Below, in pieces: positions 57,639 to 64,000 of a stretch of DNA of 64,000 nucleotides; position 1 is the stretch's first letter, and each line of letters opens with the position of its first letter. This DNA comes from a candidate division WWE3 bacterium (lineage in GTDB: Bacteria; Patescibacteriota; WWE3; UBA101185; UBA10185): assembly GCA_014729135.1 (NCBI GenBank), contig WJKK01000001.1, positions 128,593 to 192,592 on the forward strand. The letters run 5' to 3'. A program made the translations under genes and the position numbers. The notes beneath the pieces are model-generated. The model ran no database searches. It was not told the origin of the DNA and was given only the letters and a program-made list of their open reading frames with translations.

Positions 57639-59909
57639 TTATACCTTTGGCCATTGAGAAATCATCAAAGGCACTTCATCTTCTGTTATCTCCTGCCAAA
57701 TCTTCTCTGTTGCAAAAGGCATAAAAGGATGGAGCAACTTCAAACAAGTTTTGTAAGCGTGGTCCAAAACACTTAAAGCAACCTTCTTATCCTTGCGATC
57801 CTTAACTGTTTCAATGTACTCGTCTGCCAAAGTGTGCCACATAAAGTGATAAACTTCATTTCCCGCATCTGCAAACCGGTACTTTTCAAGCTCTTCATTT
57901 ACTTTTGTTACAGTTTTTTCGAGCTCCTTCAGCAGGTCTTTATCCTCTTTTTGCAAGGCTAACTTGTAATTTTCCGGATTATACAAAGGAACTTTCTCCC
58001 CAAAATCCTCCTTCATCAGCTCCATAAATCGCGCCATATTCCAGATTTTATTAGCAAAGTTTCTATAACCTCTAACCTTATCTTCGCTTAGCGCTGTTTG
58101 CTTTGCTGCTGTATTTCCTCCTACAACCAAGCCCATCCTTAAAGCATCTGCTCCATATTCTTCAATAAATTCCATAGGATTAATTACGTTGCCCTTGCTC
58201 TTACTCATCTTTTTGCCCTTCTCATCAGTAATTGCCCCATGAATATATACATTTTTAAAAGGGATTTGATCTGTAAGATATAAGCTAAACATGATCATTC
58301 GGGCAATCCAGAAGAAAAGAATGTCCCACATGCTATCCATAAAATCCGTTGGGAAGAACTCCTTAAAGTCCTTGTTGTTTGGATATTTTAGAGTAGTTAA
58401 AGGCCATTGTCCCGAGCTAAACCAAGTGTCAAAAGTATCCGTTTCTTGTATGTACTTTTCTCCGGGGGGGTTTCTGGAAACTTCATATTCTGCGCCTATC
58501 GGGGCTATAAGCTTTTGAAGGCCCTCCTTAATATCTGCTAAATCGTGGTTTTTCAGCAGATTTTCAATTTTCCCGTCATGAGAAACTCCTTTTTGATCAA
58601 TAAAAGTGACGTGTAGATCGGGATTTTTTTCTATGTCATACCAAACCGGAATTTTAATTCCAAAAACAATCTGTCTGCTTATAGGCCAGTCGTAGATTTC
58701 ATTTAGCCATCGCAAAATTTCTTTTTTCCATAAAGGACGGTTAAACTTTACTTCTTCCTTCTTAATGACTTTTTTAGCTTCCTCTGCTAATCCTTCCATT
58801 TTAATAAACCAATTTGGCAATGGAAGAGGTTCAATTTCACGTTTATCCTTATAGTCAGCGAGTAGACTGTGTTTATATTTCTCGTCCACCTTTACTAAGG
58901 CCCCCTTGTCTTCTAGAATTTCCGCTACCTTTTTACGTGCCGGTTTAGGATACATTCCCGAAACATCCACGGCATCCTTAGTCATCTTGCCTTCCAAATC
59001 AATCACAGTAATTATTGGTAAGTTATGCTTTTGCCCTATTTCATAGTCATTAAAATCATGTCCCGGAGTTATTTTTAACGCTCCCGTTCCAAATTCCGGA
59101 TCTACATATGAATCTTCAATTATCTCCAGCTCTTTTCCATTTAGGGGGTTAATGGCAACCTTTCCAACCATTTTCCCGTAACGGGAATCGTCGGGATTAA
59201 CTGCAATAGCAACATCTGCATAAATAGTTTCCGGGCGTACTGTAGCTACAGTTATAATTTCCTCCGAATCTTTTAGAGCATACTTTACGTAATACAAAGG
59301 GGAAACACTTTCCTTGTGCGTCGTTTCCAGGTTACTAAAAGTAGTGCCATGAAAAGTGGAGTAATTAACCATGTAAGTATCTCTGTAAACAAGGCCGTCC
59401 TCATGCATTTTTTCAAAAGTGTTGTAAACCGTGTCAATAACGTGATCATCGAGCATAAAAGTTAAGCGCTCCCAGTCAGCACTCATTCCTAGCTTTTTTA
59501 GTTGGTCTGTAGCCATTTGGGAATTTTCTTTTACAAAATTTAAAACCTTCTCATAAAGAGTATCGCGGTCAAAATCGAAACGTGATTTTCCTTGCTCTTT
59601 AAGTTTTCGCTCATACACTACCTGAGTTTCAAAACCTGCATGATCTGTTCCCGGAAGATACAAAGTTTTAAATCCTTGCATTCTTTTTATTCGCGCCATT
59701 ATGTCCTGAATTGCATATGTAGCATGCCCGCAATGGAGGGGAGCGTTTGCATTGGGAGGAGGCATTAGGACGCTAAAGGTATCGTTTTTGTTTTCCAATT
59801 CGGCTTTTTCTCTAGCTTTATAACTTTTTTCAGGGGAGAATAAATCTAAACTTTCCCAATAGGCATAGATTTCATTTTCTGAATTTTTATGGTTGTAGGT
59901 TTTATCCAT
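57639..59909 (-). CDS. valS: Valine--tRNA ligase (no C-terminal coiled coil)
   Basis: PPPN..HCGH, PGTDHAG, WPISRQ, DTWFSS, KMSKS motifs. Confidence 0.96.
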   Translation of the reverse strand: MDKTYNHKNSENEIYAYWESLDLFSPEKSYKAREKAELENKNDTFSVLMPPPNANAPLHCGHATYAIQDIMARIKRMQGFKTLYLPGTDHAGFETQVVYERKLKEQGKSRFDFDRDTLYEKVLNFVKENSQMATDQLKKLGMSADWERLTFMLDDHVIDTVYNTFEKMHEDGLVYRDTYMVNYSTFHGTTFSNLETTHKESVSPLYYVKYALKDSEEIITVATVRPETIYADVAIAVNPDDSRYGKMVGKVAINPLNGKELEIIEDSYVDPEFGTGALKITPGHDFNDYEIGQKHNLPIITVIDLEGKMTKDAVDVSGMYPKPARKKVAEILEDKGALVKVDEKYKHSLLADYKDKREIEPLPLPNWFIKMEGLAEEAKKVIKKEEVKFNRPLWKKEILRWLNEIYDWPISRQIVFGIKIPVWYDIEKNPDLHVTFIDQKGVSHDGKIENLLKNHDLADIKEGLQKLIAPIGAEYEVSRNPPGEKYIQETDTFDTWFSSGQWPLTTLKYPNNKDFKEFFPTDFMDSMWDILFFWIARMIMFSLYLTDQIPFKNVYIHGAITDEKGKKMSKSKGNVINPMEFIEEYGADALRMGLVVGGNTAAKQTALSEDKVRGYRNFANKIWNMARFMELMKEDFGEKVPLYNPENYKLALQKEDKDLLKELEKTVTKVNEELEKYRFADAGNEVYHFMWHTLADEYIETVKDRKDKKVALSVLDHAYKTCLKLLHPFMPFATEKIWQEITEDEVPLMISQWPKV

Positions 59910-59959
59910 TTTTTGCTTTCTTTAACTTTCTTTTTAAGGGGATTTATGTCTGTAATGCA

Positions 59960-60160
59960 AATAAAAATACCCCTCAATTTTTTACTTGAGAGGTTCCTGT
60001 TTTAGGAAGGTACCAACCTTCTCCATACTTAATTTAGTGCTGTAACGGGCTTTCCCGGCAGGTTCTAGTTTCGCTTTTGTTCTAGTGCGTTCAGCAACTA
60101 GAAAAGCGATTTCTTCCTGCAACTTGTTTGGTGACATTACCTCCAAACTTTTCGTTGTTG
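59960..60160 (-). promoter_or_regulatory. T-box riboswitch leader of valS
   Basis: GGTTGGTACC T-box, AGCCCGTTA element, terminator hairpin with U tract, 5' stem-loop with Val codons, TATAAT at 60166-60171. Confidence 0.78.
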
Positions 60161-60185
60161 TGAGGATTATAGCACAAACCTGGTT

Positions 60186-60998
60186 TTATTCCCCTTCCAA
60201 ACGCTTAACCGCTCCTACCACCAAAAAACTAGGAAACTCCTTCTTAAACTCCAGATACTCCTTATCATCCAACTCATCCGCACGAACATGCTCCCTACTA
60301 ATCTCGCGAAAATCCGTAATCTCAAACTTATGCTCCGTTAACCTCTCCACATAAAACTGCAAAGGCCTATGATAAGACATAATCCCCTCCTCACCATACA
60401 ATTTATTTGGAATTTCCATCACCTTTCTGTAATTTTCAAGGCGCAAATAATAGTTGTCCTTTTCCTTAACGGTTTTTGCCATGTGGGTCCACGGATGGGG
60501 AATGGAGAAAACAAGTTTGCCTCCAATTTGGATGACTCGGGCAATTTCCGCCATTACTTCGGAGAGCTCTTTGATGTCGTGGAAGGCCATGTTAACAACG
60601 ACTGCATCGAACTGGTTGGATTTTACGTTTGTAAGATCTGCCGCATTTCGGGCAATAAACTTGATTTTGTTTTGCTCTACTTTTTCGGCGAAGTTTTCCT
60701 TGGCCATTTCTATAAGCTTTTCGGAGATGTCTACTCCCAGGACGTGCGCGCCTTTGTCTGCGAGGATTTTAGAAAAGTAGCCTTGCCCGCAAGCTAGATC
60801 CATTATGTTTTTGTTTTGGAGGTTTCCAAGGATTTCCAGGATTACGGGGTTGATATAGGTTTTGTGGTTGAAGTCCCCTGTTTCGCCTATGAGGTTGTTG
60901 TAGTCGTCAGCAACGCGATCCCAGTTTGTGGTTTTGTCTGAGTTGGAGTTTTGGGGAGTGCTTTTGGTTTTATCTTTGCGTTTAGGCAGGTTAAACAT
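60186..60998 (-). CDS. Class I SAM-dependent methyltransferase
   Basis: MDLACGQG, GVDIS, FDAVV, YHRPL motifs. Confidence 0.9.
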   Translation of the reverse strand: MFNLPKRKDKTKSTPQNSNSDKTTNWDRVADDYNNLIGETGDFNHKTYINPVILEILGNLQNKNIMDLACGQGYFSKILADKGAHVLGVDISEKLIEMAKENFAEKVEQNKIKFIARNAADLTNVKSNQFDAVVVNMAFHDIKELSEVMAEIARVIQIGGKLVFSIPHPWTHMAKTVKEKDNYYLRLENYRKVMEIPNKLYGEEGIMSYHRPLQFYVERLTEHKFEITDFREISREHVRADELDDKEYLEFKKEFPSFLVVGAVKRLEGE

Positions 60999-61023
60999 GG
61001 TTCTATTATACATATTTTTAAAA

Positions 61024-61136
61024 AAGGGACAGCTAGAAAAGAGATACTCCTCTTAAAGGAATGTCAAGCGTAGCGAAGCTACCTTGACTTCTTAGGTAAA
61101 TGAGAGCGAAGCGATCATTTAGCTATGCTGTCCCTT
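61024..61136. repeat. Composite inverted repeat enclosing two GCGAAGC-loop hairpins
   Basis: AAGGGACAGC...GCTGTCCCTT; inner TCAAGCGTAGCGAAGCTACCTTGA matches an array B/E module. Confidence 0.75.
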
Positions 61137-61149
61137 ATAAGTTGGGAAC

Positions 61150-61189
61150 TTGACAAAAAAGTTAAAGAGTATATAATGAATACGTATTC
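61150..61189 (+). promoter_or_regulatory. Sigma70 promoter with downstream operator palindrome
   Basis: TTGACA-N16-TATAAT then GAATACGTATTC. Confidence 0.75.
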
Positions 61190-61239
61190 GGAATAAGAAA
61201 TGTATTATTTTGTTGAACTTCTCAAAGGAGGTGTATAAA

Positions 61240-61527
61240 ATGCCTTATTTTGATGGAACCGGTCCTTTAGGACAAGGCCCTTTAACCGGTAGAGGTATGG
61301 GTCCTTGCGGTGGTGGTTTTGGCTTCGGAAGAGGTCGAGGTTACGGCTATGGCAGAGGCTGCGGCCGAGGAAGAGGTTTAGGTCGTTTTTTCGGAAATGG
61401 CTTTGGTTTCTTTGGCAACGCCCGTCCCTTAACTCGCTCCGAGGAAAAAGAAGCCTTAGAGGACTACAAAAAAGATCTTCAAGATGAAATTTCCGCTGTA
61501 GAAGAGGAAATAAACAATCTTGAATAA
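61240..61527 (+). CDS. DUF5320 family protein
   Basis: MPYFDGTGPLGQGPLTGRGMGPC, Gly/Arg-rich, coiled-coil end; SD AAGGAGGTG. Confidence 0.9.
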   Translation: MPYFDGTGPLGQGPLTGRGMGPCGGGFGFGRGRGYGYGRGCGRGRGLGRFFGNGFGFFGNARPLTRSEEKEALEDYKKDLQDEISAVEEEINNLE

Positions 61528-61699
61528 AACTACTTAAGGACAGTTTTTGCTTGTGTCTAGTTTTGCTCCCGGGTGCCTGTTGTTTGCTAAAAATTAGAGA
61601 GCTGTCCTTTTGGTAGTCGTGCTTACAGAGTGTTTTATTTAAAACTCCTCTTTAAGATTGCCGTAGAAATCAAAATAATTAAAGTGTTATCATTTGCTT

Positions 61700-61981
61700 A
61701 TGCCAAGACCTAGAAGACCAAGACATATAAAATTTAATCCCAATATAACTTATTTTAAGCCTAGGGGAGTCCCCATGCGTGCCTTAAATGAGGTGGTTTT
61801 GCGTGCTGATGAAGTAGAGGCTTTACGCTTGTATGAACTTAAAGAGCTGTCTCAAACGGAGGCAGCTAAACAAATGAAAATTTCTCAGCCTACTTTTGCG
61901 CGGATTTTAGGAAAAGCTAATAAGAAGGTGGCGCGTGCTTTAATAAAGGGGTATGCCATTCGCCTGGAATCTCAGCAGTAG
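61700..61981 (+). CDS. DUF134 family HTH DNA-binding protein
   Basis: MPRPRRPR, YFKPRG, EVEALRL, ISQPTFARIL motifs. Confidence 0.92.
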   Translation: MPRPRRPRHIKFNPNITYFKPRGVPMRALNEVVLRADEVEALRLYELKELSQTEAAKQMKISQPTFARILGKANKKVARALIKGYAIRLESQQ

Positions 61982-62042
61982 GAATTATTAAAGCCTTTAA
62001 ACAAGGGTTTTTAGAATTTCCCGTAACGGGAATAGCTTTGGT

Positions 62043-63947
62043 TTATTCTTTAATAACAGCTTCAAACTCATCGCCTGTAAGCGTCTCTTTTTCCAGTAAC
62101 TTTTCTGCCAACTTTTTCATCGATTCTTTTTTAGACTTCAAAATTTCCTTAGCCGCGTTATAAGCGCCCTCCACAATTGCCTTAATTTCAGCGTCAATCT
62201 TAGAAGCCGTTTGCTCACTTTGCTTATGATATTCACCCATTTGACGTGCTAACCACATCTTTTCCTCATCGTGTCCATTAAACGCAATAGGCCCCAAAGA
62301 GCTCATCCCATATTCTGTCACCATTTTTCGGGCAATTTTAGTAGCCCTTTCAATATCATCAGCAGCGCCACTTGTAAATTCGTCAAAAAACACTTCCTCT
62401 GCTGCGCGACCTCCTAGCATAGTTGCCAGCATAGATTCCAACCGGGTTTTAGTCTCCTTATAGCGATCCCTCTCAGGTGGAAAACTAGTATGCCCCAAAG
62501 AACTTCCCCGAGCAGTAATTGAAATCCTTTGAACCTTATCCATTTCGGGTAAATTTGCTGCCACTACGGCATGTCCTGCTTCATGATAAGCTGTAATTTC
62601 CCGCTCCTTTTTTGATTGCAAAGTCTTTTTCTCCGGTCCCAAAGTAACCTTCAAAGCTGCCTCTTCCAAATCCTTCTCGTCAATCTTCTTTTTATCCTCA
62701 CGTGCCGCCAAAATAGCCGACTCATTAAGCATATTCTCAATGTCCGCTCCACTAAAGCCCACAGTCTTTTTTGCCAGACCCTCCAGATTTACATCCTTTG
62801 CCAAAGGCTTTTCCTTAACATGAATCTGAATAATCTTTTTTCTATCCTCTAAATCGGGGAGTGAAATGGAGATTCTACGGTCAAATCGTCCCGCCCTTAC
62901 CAAAGCAGGATCCAGCATGTCCGGCCGATTAGTAGCTGCAATAACAATCACGTTAGTTCTGGGATCAAAGCCATCCATCTCAGTTAAAATCTGGTTTAAA
63001 GTCTGCTCTCTTTCGTCGTGGCCACCCCCAATTCCCATCCCTCTCTGACGGCCAATAGCATCAATTTCATCTATAAAAATCAAACTAGGTTGACTTGCTT
63101 TAGCCATTTTAAACAAGTCACGAACACGTGCGGATCCCACACCTACAAGCATCTCCATGAACTCACTACCTGCCACGCTATAAAAAGGAACTTCGGCCTC
63201 ACCTGCAATAGCTTTTGCCATCAAGGTTTTACCTACACCTGCAGGGCCAACAAGCAAAATCCCTTTAGGAATTCTTGCCCCCAACTTTCGATATTTCTCA
63301 GGATGCTGCAAAAAGTCCACTATTTCCTTAACCTCTTTTTTTGCCTCTTCGTTTCCTGCCACATCATCAAAAGTGGTCTCCTCTTTGCCTTTCTTAAAAA
63401 GCTTAGCCTTAGATTTTCCAAAAGACAGCATATCCCCGCCGGCGTTTTTCATCTTGTTTATAAAAAATAGTAAAAAGGCAATGGGTAACAGCACCGAAAG
63501 AGCTGTAGGTAAGATATTTTCCCATAAAACCGGATGTTCTACTTCATATTCCCCCGGAATTTTAGATAGAGAAACTTCGTTGTCCTTTAAGATTTCCTGA
63601 AAGCTTACATCAGATTCTTTTTCCGTAATTATTTGAGTCCCATTTTTTAGCTGCACTTCAATGGAGTTGCCCGTTACCGTTACGTTTTGAACTTTTTCCT
63701 CTTGTACTAAGCGGATTACTTCGTTTAAGGGTTTTTCCTCTTTGGTCATGGTTTCCAAGTTGTCGGTTCCAAAGATTAGCCAAGCTATAACCAAAAGGCC
63801 TAAATAAAAGAAGATGTTTTTGTAAAAGGGTACTTTTTTCTCGGGAGGAGTTTGCAGTTTTTCTTTAATCCCTTTTATATCGAGGTTTCTGGTCTCTTTT
63901 TTATTTTGCGTTGTTTCTTTTGTTTTTTTCTTGTTTTTTTTTGTCAT
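62043..63947 (-). CDS. ftsH: ATP-dependent zinc metalloprotease FtsH
   Basis: Two TMs, [19 protein letters not shown] motifs. Confidence 0.98.
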   Translation of the reverse strand: MTKKNKKKTKETTQNKKETRNLDIKGIKEKLQTPPEKKVPFYKNIFFYLGLLVIAWLIFGTDNLETMTKEEKPLNEVIRLVQEEKVQNVTVTGNSIEVQLKNGTQIITEKESDVSFQEILKDNEVSLSKIPGEYEVEHPVLWENILPTALSVLLPIAFLLFFINKMKNAGGDMLSFGKSKAKLFKKGKEETTFDDVAGNEEAKKEVKEIVDFLQHPEKYRKLGARIPKGILLVGPAGVGKTLMAKAIAGEAEVPFYSVAGSEFMEMLVGVGSARVRDLFKMAKASQPSLIFIDEIDAIGRQRGMGIGGGHDEREQTLNQILTEMDGFDPRTNVIVIAATNRPDMLDPALVRAGRFDRRISISLPDLEDRKKIIQIHVKEKPLAKDVNLEGLAKKTVGFSGADIENMLNESAILAAREDKKKIDEKDLEEAALKVTLGPEKKTLQSKKEREITAYHEAGHAVVAANLPEMDKVQRISITARGSSLGHTSFPPERDRYKETKTRLESMLATMLGGRAAEEVFFDEFTSGAADDIERATKIARKMVTEYGMSSLGPIAFNGHDEEKMWLARQMGEYHKQSEQTASKIDAEIKAIVEGAYNAAKEILKSKKESMKKLAEKLLEKETLTGDEFEAVIKE

Positions 63948-63964
63948 AAATTTAGATGTAGTTT

Positions 63965-63979
63965 CAAGGATTATCCTTG
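63965..63979. repeat. CAAGGATTATCCTTG palindrome upstream of ftsH
   Basis: Same AGGATNATCCT core as the two triplets. Confidence 0.7.
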
Positions 63980-64000
63980 GGCATTTTTCCCTCCGCGCTA

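Overview
Chromosomal window around the replication origin of a small-genome bacterium. Gene content suggests Patescibacteria/CPR, probably Microgenomates/WWE3-like (inference). It holds housekeeping genes (metG, smpB/tmRNA, pgk, tpiA, pgi, tsaD, murT-gatD, oriC-dnaA, rpmH-rnpA-yidD-yidC-jag-dnaN-dnaG-rpoD, mutS, rplY, valS with a T-box leader, ftsH) and six tRNAs. Accessory content includes two toxin-antitoxin modules after tmRNA, one IS, a VirB6-like/M23/four-pilin surface locus and several GT-C glycosyltransferases. Product calls rest on motif recognition by eye; no database search was run. The most unusual signals are: (1) mosaic arrays of shuffled hairpin cassettes that begin at, and pair with, the CCA ends of tmRNA and four tRNAs, with an IS inserted into one cassette; (2) an smpB stop codon lying inside mature tmRNA, a possible trans-translation feedback loop; (3) two triplets of the palindrome AGGATNATCCT spaced 63-64 bp apart; (4) a gene-scale AC/GT compositional sawtooth with widespread leaderless promoters; (5) a half-length AOR/GAPOR-like gene plus ferredoxin between pgk and tpiA; (6) a pilin whose proline-rich tail is out of frame.
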